Positions 1 through 8,831 of a DNA stretch of 64,000 nt are shown piece after piece (position 1 is the stretch's first letter; every line of letters begins with the position of its first letter). This DNA comes from Anaerolineae bacterium (lineage in GTDB: Bacteria; Chloroflexota; Anaerolineae; B4-G1; SLSP01). The DNA is taken from assembly GCA_049975525.1 (NCBI GenBank), contig JBNGCW010000011.1, forward strand, positions 45,623 to 109,622, given 5' to 3'. The translations under genes and the position numbers were made by a program. Below the pieces are notes generated by a model, which worked only from the letters and a program-made list of their open reading frames with translations, had not been told where the DNA came from and did no database searches.

Positions 1-2
1 TG

Positions 3-275
3 CTGGTGGTCAACGCCTCACTGGTCGATATGGAGAGCGAGCGCGACGACATCGACGTCGTCTATATCCCCGCCAGCGACATCGCCACGGAGCTGGGCAA
101 CCCGCGCATGGCGAACGTCGTGCTGCTGGGCGCCTTCGTCGAGAAGACGGGCATCGTCTCGCCGGAGACGGTGGAGCAAGAGCTGGAAGCACACATCTCC
201 GAGCGCCACGAAAAGTGGCTGGAGCCGAACAAGGAGGCGCTGCACAAAGGCGCGGCGTTGGCGCGGGAGGCGTAA
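3..275 (+). CDS. 2-oxoacid(pyruvate/ketoisovalerate):ferredoxin oxidoreductase gamma-type subunit, C-terminal fragment (5' end outside window)
   Basis: ORF is open to the window edge. The ...RMANVVLLGAFVEKTGIV... motif is typical of the POR gamma subunit C-terminus. A terminator hairpin follows. Confidence 0.5.
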   Translation: MVVNASLVDMESERDDIDVVYIPASDIATELGNPRMANVVLLGAFVEKTGIVSPETVEQELEAHISERHEKWLEPNKEALHKGAALAREA

Positions 276-302
276 CGCACACGCCGAACAACCCATCATC
301 AA

Positions 303-330
303 GGGCGGGCCCTGGGGTCCGCCCTTTTTC
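303..330 (+). terminator. Rho-independent terminator (GGGCGG...CCGCCC stem + TTTTTC)
   Basis: GC stem-loop and T-tract lie directly after the stop codon of the upstream CDS. Confidence 0.6.
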
Positions 331-628
331 ATGAGCAATTTCACTGTATGATCACAGATCGTGATGACAACCTGGTTAAAACACTTAAATTACGATATTA
401 GAACGTAGCCAGGTGCGACGCACCTTAGAATGTTTGAAAATAGCCATTTCATCTCGATTAACTCCCATCCAGAAGACCCCCTTATGGCTGTGGACCGAAC
501 GACCATCCACCCTCAGTATGTATTTCGTCTCTAGATGTCAACCCCGAACCACCTCTTTGAGACTTGTCATTTTTCTCACTGCGGTGATACTAACGGTAAA
601 CATAGCAACCACGACAAGGGAGATGACA

Positions 629-1582
629 ATGAAACGCAAGCCACAGATCGGATTGGCCTTGAGCGGCGGCGGAGTGCGCGGCCTCGCCCACATCGGCGTG
701 TTGGAATTCTTGGAAGAAGAGCAGATCCCCATCGCTTATCTGGCAGGCACCAGCATGGGCGGCATTGTGGCCGGACTCTACGCCGCCGGCGTCCCTATCG
801 AGAAACTGAAGCAGATCAGCGCCACGATGGGCGTTTTGGACTTCGCCACCCCCGACCCCAACCGCTACGGCCTCCTGGGCCACAAGAAGATGCAGGCTTT
901 CTTCGCGGAGACACTGGGCAGCGCAGACGTCACCTTCGCCGACCTCGCCATCCCCACGACGTTGATCGCCGTGGATCTGGAATCCGGGGAGATGGTGCAT
1001 CTCAACGAAGGCCCCCTGATCCCGGCCATGCTGGCCACCTCGGCCGTCCCTCTGATATTCGGACCGGTACGCCACAAGGATCGTTGGCTGATCGATGGCG
1101 GCACCATCAACAACTTCCCCTTCGATGTCGTGCGCACTATGGGCGCGGATCGGGTGCTCGGTGTGCATACGCCCATGCACATCCAATTATCCCTTCAGCC
1201 GCACGCCACCCGCCGTCGTCTCTCCTTCAACGCCCTCTTCTCCTCCAACACGCGGCTGCTCGACTGGAAGACACCCTTTCTGATCGCCGAAAGCAGCATC
1301 CACCACACCATCAGTCTGATCCACCGGCAGCGGATGACGCTTTCGCCTCCTGATCTTGTACTGAGCATCTCGCTGCCCAACGTAGGCACCTTCACCGCCG
1401 ATCGTAACATCGAGATCGTTCAGGCGGGGCATGCGACGGCGCAGGCCCATCGCGACAAAATCCACAAGCTCTACGAGAGCCCCCTCCCCCCACCGTGGCG
1501 CCAACGATTCAGGGAGTTAGGCCTTCGCCTCCGCCGCGCATGGCAGGCCTTCCGGAGTCCACCCTACAAGCCCTTCCCCTGA
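629..1582 (+). CDS. Patatin-like phospholipase (RssA/NTE-like)
   Basis: GGGVRG oxyanion motif, GTSMG (GxSxG) nucleophile elbow and a DGG Asp motif are present. AGGGAG RBS lies 6 nt upstream of the ATG at 629. An alternative start at 623 or the annotated 413 is possible. Confidence 0.85.
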   Translation: MKRKPQIGLALSGGGVRGLAHIGVLEFLEEEQIPIAYLAGTSMGGIVAGLYAAGVPIEKLKQISATMGVLDFATPDPNRYGLLGHKKMQAFFAETLGSADVTFADLAIPTTLIAVDLESGEMVHLNEGPLIPAMLATSAVPLIFGPVRHKDRWLIDGGTINNFPFDVVRTMGADRVLGVHTPMHIQLSLQPHATRRRLSFNALFSSNTRLLDWKTPFLIAESSIHHTISLIHRQRMTLSPPDLVLSISLPNVGTFTADRNIEIVQAGHATAQAHRDKIHKLYESPLPPPWRQRFRELGLRLRRAWQAFRSPPYKPFP

Positions 1583-1620
1583 GCCATGCCCGGCAAGGCG
1601 AATCCGCGGCCTCCACATAC

Positions 1621-2820
1621 TCAATCCGTTGAACGCTTGGGCAACCGCAACACCCCCAGGCTGGAGGCAACCATCAACGCACCACCTACCAGAAAGGGGG
1701 TGCGCAATGAAAACCAACGCGCCAGCCAGCCCCCCACAAAAGGACCCACCGAGTTCGCCAGCGAGACCGCCGTCGTGTCCAGCCCATAGGCCATGCCGGA
1801 GCGCTCCTGGGAGACCGTCCGCCCCACGTAAGCGCTGACCGTCGCCAGGATGCCGCCCACGGCCAGACCCAACAACGCTTGCGTAAACAACAACACCAGG
1901 TAAGTCCCTGCCAGGCCCTGCAAGATCAACGCCGTTCCGCCGATCAGTGTGCATCCCAACAAGATCGGCCGGGCGCCGCGCCGATCCGCAAAGCGCCCTA
2001 ACAGCGGCGAAGAGATAGCGCCCATCCCACCGATGACGGTGGTCAACAAACCCGAGGCCGAACCCAACGCGGCGCTCTCCGGCAGCAGCTCGGCGACGAA
2101 CAGGGGGAGGATGGGGCTGGGGAAACGACGCCCCACGCGCAAGGTAAAGCGCACCACCAACACCAGGCCCAGGAGCGACTGCGCAAAGGCGAAGTGCAGG
2201 TCGTTCCCGATATTCCGCCAGAAGGAGTCGTGCTCCTCCCTCGGCGCCGGCTCGAAGGTCTCCTGCACACCGAGCAAAATGATCAGCCCGCCGGCCAGCA
2301 GAAACGCCGAGGTCATCCAGAAAACGGTGCGATAGCCAAAGGTGTCGGCAGCAAAGCCACCAAAGAGCGGTCCTACGGTGACCCCCAGGAAGATCGCCAG
2401 CTGCAGCTTCCCCAGCGTCTCCCCCAACCGCTCCTCCGGCGTCGTGCTGGCGACCAACGTCGTTGAGGCGGCCACCGTCCCCGTCAACGCGCCCTGGAAA
2501 AGACGCAGTGCCGTGAGCTGCTCCACGCTCTGTACAAAGCTCATCAACAGCGTCAGCACCGCACCGCCGAACATCGCCCGTTCCACCATCACTTTGCGCC
2601 CGTAGCGGTCGCTGAGCGTGCCCCAAATCGGTCCCATGATGGCCATGGCGAAAGAGGGTGCAGAGGAGGTCAATCCCGACCACGTCGCCACCGCCTCTCC
2701 GCTCACGCCCAGATACTCCACGTAGTACGGCAAAATCGGCCCAAAGGCGGCAAATCCCATGATAGCGAGCAGCTCAGCCGCCCATACTGCCCACAAGTTA
2801 CGTCGCCACGTTCGTTGCAT
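1621..2820 (-). CDS. MFS transporter
   Basis: About 12 predicted TM helices. MFS motif A (GTLSDRYGRKVMV) is present. Confidence 0.85.
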   Translation of the reverse strand: MQRTWRRNLWAVWAAELLAIMGFAAFGPILPYYVEYLGVSGEAVATWSGLTSSAPSFAMAIMGPIWGTLSDRYGRKVMVERAMFGGAVLTLLMSFVQSVEQLTALRLFQGALTGTVAASTTLVASTTPEERLGETLGKLQLAIFLGVTVGPLFGGFAADTFGYRTVFWMTSAFLLAGGLIILLGVQETFEPAPREEHDSFWRNIGNDLHFAFAQSLLGLVLVVRFTLRVGRRFPSPILPLFVAELLPESAALGSASGLLTTVIGGMGAISSPLLGRFADRRGARPILLGCTLIGGTALILQGLAGTYLVLLFTQALLGLAVGGILATVSAYVGRTVSQERSGMAYGLDTTAVSLANSVGPFVGGWLARWFSLRTPFLVGGALMVASSLGVLRLPKRSTD

Positions 2821-3003
2821 CGTTCCTCCAAAAACTAAGACAAGCTAAGCATAACATCAAAGACCAAAACGACAAGGGCGGAGCAACGGAGCAGGGATGA
2901 AGCAGAAGGCCTCGCATTTAGGTCTGCCCCCTCACACACGGAGGCAGCACGGAAAAGACGCCGACCCCAACGCCTCGATCAACCGATGCCCCCCGACACA
3001 ACG

Positions 3004-3031
3004 TTGCCGGATAGGCGTCACGGTCTATAAT
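3004..3031 (+). promoter_or_regulatory. Candidate sigma70 promoter (TTGCCG-16-TATAAT) for the S8 protease gene
   Basis: Perfect TATAAT -10 element with a plausible -35, 25-30 nt upstream of the RBS and ATG. Confidence 0.4.
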
Positions 3032-3058
3032 GGGCGGGAAAAGATGAAGGAGTGCCAC

Positions 3059-5518
3059 ATGGAAGAAAACAACCACATATCGACATCCGAAGAAGCCCCT
3101 CAAGTCCAAGGTTGTCTGACCGTGGGCCTTGGCAGCAGCCTGCTCCTCTGGGTGATGATCGCCCCCGCAGCCCTCACCCTCGGCGCCGAAGCGCTCGTTG
3201 CCGCATCCGGCTGGCACAGCGCCCTCACTGTGCTGGGGAACGCGATCCTGTCAGTGGCACCGGCGCTGCTTATCGCCCACCTCGCCCGTCGTCGAAAGCA
3301 GCATACCCTCGCCGCCACCGGCACCGCGGTGGCCATCGTCGGAGGCGCCATGACGCTGGACGCAACGGCCCAGGCGATTTCGCCGGGGACCCCCAACGTC
3401 ACGGCGGCTCTGCGACTGCTGCTTCTGTTACCTTACGTCGCTCTGATCGTCCATTTCACGCCCGCCTTTCACCCCTCCCTGACCCGGCTCGACCGTGCCA
3501 ACCTCTGGTTGAGCCTCTCCGTCGCCGCGCTTCTCACCTTGCCCTGGCCCCTCACCGGCGCACTGGGCGACAGCCTCGCCAGCCTGGGCTTGCTCCTGCA
3601 AGCCGCCGCCGACGCCATCCCACTGCTGCTCCTGATCTGGGGCCTGAGCTTCCCGCTGCTCACGGCGGCCTACGATCAGAGCTGGCTCGCGGCGCTGGCA
3701 ACGATCTGGCTCTACGAAGCCGCGTTGGTCGGCGGAGTCCTGCCGGCGGGCGACTGGAACGCGCTGCTCCGCGCCCTTTTCGCGCTGCCGCTGGCGCTGC
3801 TGCTCACCGAGCTCCGCGCACGGGGACGCGGAATCTGGCCTCTGCTGCCCGCTGCTTTTCTCTATGTGGCGACGCCGCGTCTTTTCACCGATCCGCGTGA
3901 CGTCATCGGACAGGGTATCCCTGAGGTGCAGCACCTGCTCGCCTACGGCATCATGTGGCTGACAACCTTCGTCTTTGGCCTGGGACTCTTCGTGGGACGC
4001 AAGTTCTTCACCAGGCAACCGACCTCGCTTGAGGAAGAACCCCGGCCCCGCAAAAGCATCGGCTGGATCCCGGCGGTGCTCTGGGCTACCTGGCTCCTCG
4101 TTTACGTCATGCTTGGAAACCCCGGCTTCACCAACGACGGCTTTCTTATTATCCTGGAGAAGCAGGCTGATGTGAGCGATGCTTACACGATGACCGACCG
4201 CGTGCAGCGACTCACCTATGTCCGCGAGACACTCATCCAGACCGCCGAACGCACGCAAGTGCCCCTGCGCGCCGAGATTGATCGGCTTGGTCTGCCGTAC
4301 CGTCCCTACTACATCATCAACATGATCCGCGTCGAGGGGCACACCTGGCGCATGCGTCACTTCGAGCAGCAGCCCGGCGTCGCCGAGGTGATCCGCAATC
4401 CCAACGTGCGCGAGTATCCCTACCGTATCCCCTTTCCGGCCTACGGCCCTTCAACGCCCATCACCGGGACCCAACCCAACCTGCTGGCGATCCGCGCCGA
4501 CAAGGCCTGGGCGCTGGGAGCGACGGGCGCGGGCATCGTCGTCGCCGGGCAGGACACCGGCTACGACTGGGAACATCCCGCGCTCAAAGCACACTATCGC
4601 GGCTGGAACGGCGAGAGCGCGACCCACGACTATCATTGGCTCGACACCTGGGACGCTTCGTCGGAGCCCTTCGACGACGGCTCTCATGGCACCCACACCA
4701 TGGGCACGGTGCTGGGCGATGACGGGGGAAACAACCGCATCGGTGTCGCGCCCCAGGCGCAGTGGATCGGCTGCCGGAACATGCGCCGTGGCCTGGGCAA
4801 CCCCGGCACTTACGCCGCCTGCATGGAGTTCTTCCTGGGCCCCTACCCCCTGGGCGGCGATCCCTTTACCGACGGCGACGTGCACTACGCGCCTCACCTC
4901 GTCAACAACTCCTGGGGCTGCCCCCGCCAAGAAGGTTGTCTCCCCGATACGTTGCAGCCCGCCGTGGAGGCACTGCGCGCCGCCGGCATCATGATGGTGG
5001 TCAGCGCGGGCAACGACGGCCCGGCCTGCAAGACGACGAACACACCGCCGGCCAACTATGACGCCGCCTTCTCCGTCGGCGCGACGGACAACCACGGAGA
5101 GATCACCGTCTTCAGCAGTCGCGGCCCGGTGGACAGCCTGCTCAAGCCGGACATTGTCGCGCCCGGCCTCGAGATCCGCTCCAGCGTACCCGACGGCCGC
5201 TACGCCACCGCCGCCGGCACCTCCATGGCCGGCCCTCACGTCGCGGGCGCGGTGGCGCTGCTCTGGTCCACCAACCCCACCCTCGTGGGAGAGATCGCCG
5301 CCACCGAGAGGTTACTCTGCGAGACAGCAAGGCCCCAACCTGTGGATAACACCTGTGAAACAGCGGATACCTCAACGGATCAGCCACTGTTGACGGAGAT
5401 GGGGATGGAGATGGCCCCGGCCTGCGCCTGCGGCGGGGTGACGGGCACTCCTAACAACGTCTACGGCTGTGGTCTCCTCGACGCGGGGGCAGCTGTGCGC
5501 GCAGCGCTGAGCGATTGA
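3059..5518 (+). CDS. Membrane-anchored subtilisin-like serine protease (peptidase S8) with a large N-terminal polytopic domain
   Basis: The C-terminal half carries the Asp/His/Ser triad motifs (VVAGQDTGYD, HGTHTMGT, GTSMAGPHVAG). The N-terminal 400-450 aa are very hydrophobic with multiple TM segments. AAGGAG RBS lies 6 nt before the ATG at 3059. The ORF track offers starts at 2897 and 3044. Confidence 0.8.
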   Translation: MEENNHISTSEEAPQVQGCLTVGLGSSLLLWVMIAPAALTLGAEALVAASGWHSALTVLGNAILSVAPALLIAHLARRRKQHTLAATGTAVAIVGGAMTLDATAQAISPGTPNVTAALRLLLLLPYVALIVHFTPAFHPSLTRLDRANLWLSLSVAALLTLPWPLTGALGDSLASLGLLLQAAADAIPLLLLIWGLSFPLLTAAYDQSWLAALATIWLYEAALVGGVLPAGDWNALLRALFALPLALLLTELRARGRGIWPLLPAAFLYVATPRLFTDPRDVIGQGIPEVQHLLAYGIMWLTTFVFGLGLFVGRKFFTRQPTSLEEEPRPRKSIGWIPAVLWATWLLVYVMLGNPGFTNDGFLIILEKQADVSDAYTMTDRVQRLTYVRETLIQTAERTQVPLRAEIDRLGLPYRPYYIINMIRVEGHTWRMRHFEQQPGVAEVIRNPNVREYPYRIPFPAYGPSTPITGTQPNLLAIRADKAWALGATGAGIVVAGQDTGYDWEHPALKAHYRGWNGESATHDYHWLDTWDASSEPFDDGSHGTHTMGTVLGDDGGNNRIGVAPQAQWIGCRNMRRGLGNPGTYAACMEFFLGPYPLGGDPFTDGDVHYAPHLVNNSWGCPRQEGCLPDTLQPAVEALRAAGIMMVVSAGNDGPACKTTNTPPANYDAAFSVGATDNHGEITVFSSRGPVDSLLKPDIVAPGLEIRSSVPDGRYATAAGTSMAGPHVAGAVALLWSTNPTLVGEIAATERLLCETARPQPVDNTCETADTSTDQPLLTEMGMEMAPACACGGVTGTPNNVYGCGLLDAGAAVRAALSD

Positions 5519-6004
5519 GGAAGGAGGAGGCACGCTAACCGGTCCTCCGGCCCCCAGAGGGGCTCCCCGGCGGGGAGCCCGGGGCCTGCGTACCTCACCA
5601 CGCGTAAGATAGGGTCAAACGAGAAGAGATGACAAGAGGGCTAGCTGGGGATAACCTGCCGAAAACAGTGGATAACTCCACAACTTATCCACTGTTGACT
5701 CACCTGACTATATCTCAAGTGCAGGAATACCCGTTCGTAGTCAGGCACAGAACGCAGTGGAGTGCCATGCGCTGCTCTCTGACGCCACGCCACTTAAAAA
5801 CGCGACTCCGCTGAAGCTGCGTCGCCGACTACGGGCGGAAGGCTTGTCGTCAAGCGCGCAGACGTCAACCAACATGAAGCGACAAGGCCGGGAAGGGGCC
5901 GATGGGATGAGTTTTAGAGGAATCTGATCGTTATGAGTTATGTCAGTGGTGTCACTGTTGGGCCATAAAATTCTACCCTCCCAATATCACGGATTGAACA
6001 TCAG

Positions 6005-8584
6005 ATGAGCCTGGACCGCATGATCGCGCAGCTGCGCGAGGATCGCAATTTCATACGCAACGTGACGGCGTGGCGCACGCTGCCCCGACAACAGGCCCAA
6101 ACAGCATCCTGGCCTTCCGACCTGGCACCCCGGCTGGTGGAGACAGCCCAGCAGCTGGGTATCGAGGCACTCTACGCACACCAGGCCCAGGCCGTCAAGA
6201 GAGCGCTGCACGGTGAACACGTCGTGTTGGCGACGGGGACTGCCTCCGGAAAGACGTTGGGCTACGCGCTCCCCATCCTCCACACCCTGCTCCACGATCC
6301 GTCCGCCACGGCGCTGTTGCTCTTCCCCACCAAGGCCCTGGCCCACGATCAGCTTGCGGCCTTGGAGACATGGATCGGGGCGCTGAACGTCAACCTCCCC
6401 CTGCGCCCCTACGACGGCGACACCCCCAGGCGCCACCGACCCTCTATCCGCAAAGAAGCCCGTATCCTGGTCTCCAACCCCGATATGCTGCACCTGGGCA
6501 TCCTGCCCCACCACACCAAATGGAGGCGCTTCTTCAGCGGCCTGCGCTACGTGGTGCTCGACGAGCTGCATACCTATCGGGGCGTCTTTGGCAGCCACGT
6601 CGCCAACGTACTGCGGCGGCTACGGCGGATCACGCACTTCCACGGCGCCGCCCCCCAGCTCATCGGCGCCTCGGCCACCATCGCCAACCCCCGCGCGCTG
6701 GCCGAGCGGCTGTGGGAAGCACCCGTCGCCACTGTGGAGCGCGACGGAGCTCCCTACGGACAGCGGCACGTCCTCTTCTACAACCCACCGCTGCACAACG
6801 CAGAGCTGGGTCTGCGCGCCAGCGCCACCGACGAAGCGCGTAAGCTGACCCTCCGCCTGCTGCGCGCCGGTGTGCAGACCATCGTCTTCGCCCGCTCCCG
6901 TCTTACCGTGGAGCTGCTACTGCGCGAATTGCGCGAGCACGCCGCCGGCCTCGGCCTTCCGCGCGAGGCCGTGCAGGGCTACCGGGGCGGCTATCTCCCC
7001 GCCGAGCGCCGGGCGATCGAGCGGGGATTACGCGAGGGCCATGTGCGCGCCGTCGTCGCCACCAACGCCCTGGAGCTGGGCATCGACATCGGCGCCCTGG
7101 ACGCCTCGATCCTGGTCGGTTATCCCGGCTCCATCGCCGCCACACGCCAGCAGATGGGACGGGCAGGCCGCCGCGCCGCCACCTCCCTCTCCGTCCTCAT
7201 CGCCACACCCACGCCGTTGGATCAATATCTGATCACTCATCCCGAGTACTTCTTCGGGCGCTCGCCGGAGATGGCGCGCCTCAATCCCAACGCACCGGCG
7301 CTCCTGGCCTCACACGTGACCTGCGCGGCCTTCGAGCTGCCCTTTGAAAAAGAGGAGCCCTTCGGCGGAATGGGCGACGTGAGTGCACTGTTAGAGGCAC
7401 TCGGCGAAGCGGGACTATTGTACCGCAGCGGAGAGACCTTCACCTGGATTGGGGAACAGTACCCGGCCCAGGCGATCTCGCTGCGCGCAGCCACCGCCGA
7501 CAACGTGGTCGTACAGCGTGTGGGACGTGACGGGAGCGGCGCGCAGGTGCTGGGCATCGTTGACCGTCCCAGCGCGGCGCGGCTGGTGCACGAAGGCGCG
7601 GTCTACTTTCACACCGGCGTCCCCTACCTCATCGAGGCCCTGGACTGGGAAGAGGGGCTGGCGTTGGCCCGCCCTGCCGACGTCGATTACTACACTGTGG
7701 CCGCCGAAAGCGTGGAGGTGGAACGCCTGAGGTTACTGGAGACGAAGCGCGTGGGGGAAATCACGCTGACGGAGGAGCGCGTGCAGGTGCGCAGCACGCC
7801 CACGGCCTACCGGCGCGTCAGCCTCGGCCGCCACGCCACCCTGGGCTGGGGTGAGATCGACCTGCCGCCGCAGGAGATGGAAACCGACGCCTGTCGCGTC
7901 GACATCGGTGCGGCGCCGGTCGAGGCGCTCACCGACGCGGGCGTGCACCTGGCACCCCTGGATTACGGCGCGGACTGGCCGAAGATCCGCGAGCAAATCC
8001 TGGCACGTGACGAACACCGCTGTCGATTCTGCAACGCCGAAGCGACGGACCGCCACCCGCTGGAAGTTCACCACCTCACACCCTTGCGCACCTTCCTGGC
8101 CCAGTATCCCAGAGCGGTGGCGCTGCACCTGGCCCATGCGCCCGGCAACCTGCTCACGCTCTGTCCCACGTGCCACCGCACCGTGGAACGGGCCCGTGGC
8201 GCACGCACGGCGCTCGGCGGCCTGGCGACGCTGCTCCACAATCTGGCTCCCGCCTTCCTGATGTGCGATCTCGGCGATCTGGGCACCACCGTCAACGCCC
8301 GCGATCCCATCACCCAACGGCCCTCCATCATCATCTACGACGCTATCCCCGGCGGCATAGGATTGAGCGTCAGCCTGATAGACGTGTGGCCGCAGCTGAG
8401 CGCGGCGGCACGGGAACGCGTGCAACGCTGCCCCTGCACACGGGGTTGTCCCGCCTGCGTCGGCCCCGTGGGCGAGAGTGAACCGGGCGCCAAACAAGCC
8501 GCGCGGCGGCTGCTGGAACGGCTGGAAACCCTCTGTGACCCCAACGACGTTATCTCATCCCCGCGCATCGTGCCCGGCCGCTGA
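6005..8584 (+). CDS. DExH-box helicase with C-terminal DUF1998 zinc-finger domain (MrfA/YprA-like)
   Basis: Walker A GTASGKT, DELH box and helicase C motifs are present. Cys clusters CRFCN...CPTCH and CPCTRGCPAC match the DUF1998 tail. Confidence 0.8.
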   Translation: MSLDRMIAQLREDRNFIRNVTAWRTLPRQQAQTASWPSDLAPRLVETAQQLGIEALYAHQAQAVKRALHGEHVVLATGTASGKTLGYALPILHTLLHDPSATALLLFPTKALAHDQLAALETWIGALNVNLPLRPYDGDTPRRHRPSIRKEARILVSNPDMLHLGILPHHTKWRRFFSGLRYVVLDELHTYRGVFGSHVANVLRRLRRITHFHGAAPQLIGASATIANPRALAERLWEAPVATVERDGAPYGQRHVLFYNPPLHNAELGLRASATDEARKLTLRLLRAGVQTIVFARSRLTVELLLRELREHAAGLGLPREAVQGYRGGYLPAERRAIERGLREGHVRAVVATNALELGIDIGALDASILVGYPGSIAATRQQMGRAGRRAATSLSVLIATPTPLDQYLITHPEYFFGRSPEMARLNPNAPALLASHVTCAAFELPFEKEEPFGGMGDVSALLEALGEAGLLYRSGETFTWIGEQYPAQAISLRAATADNVVVQRVGRDGSGAQVLGIVDRPSAARLVHEGAVYFHTGVPYLIEALDWEEGLALARPADVDYYTVAAESVEVERLRLLETKRVGEITLTEERVQVRSTPTAYRRVSLGRHATLGWGEIDLPPQEMETDACRVDIGAAPVEALTDAGVHLAPLDYGADWPKIREQILARDEHRCRFCNAEATDRHPLEVHHLTPLRTFLAQYPRAVALHLAHAPGNLLTLCPTCHRTVERARGARTALGGLATLLHNLAPAFLMCDLGDLGTTVNARDPITQRPSIIIYDAIPGGIGLSVSLIDVWPQLSAAARERVQRCPCTRGCPACVGPVGESEPGAKQAARRLLERLETLCDPNDVISSPRIVPGR

Positions 8585-8717
8585 GAGGAAAAGGATTTCG
8601 AAGCGAGGCCGCCGGTGAAAACGCCTGCCGTGCCGTAGAGCTGCGTAGACGAAAGCAAGACAAGCGAAGCTTTTGAGCCACCCTGGAACTGCTTCGTTTG
8701 CCCAAACAGACCGCTTT

Positions 8718-8745
8718 TTGCTTATTACAGATGGGATGCTATAAT
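8718..8745 (+). promoter_or_regulatory. Candidate sigma70 promoter for nifJ (TTGCTT-16-TATAAT)
   Basis: Consensus-like -35 and -10 elements about 85 nt upstream of the nifJ RBS (AGGAGG). Confidence 0.4.
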
Positions 8746-8831
8746 CGGGAATTGTGAACATATCCGACATCGTGTTAGCCTATGTTGTAACCCGGCATAG
8801 CGTTCCCTCACATTAATTTAGGAGGTTTTTT

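Noticed and set aside
1517-2683. 388-aa ORF overlapping the MFS transporter in another frame
   Set aside because: It is a Gly/Arg-rich low-complexity translation typical of off-frame reading in high-GC DNA. The MFS frame has clear TM and motif-A structure.
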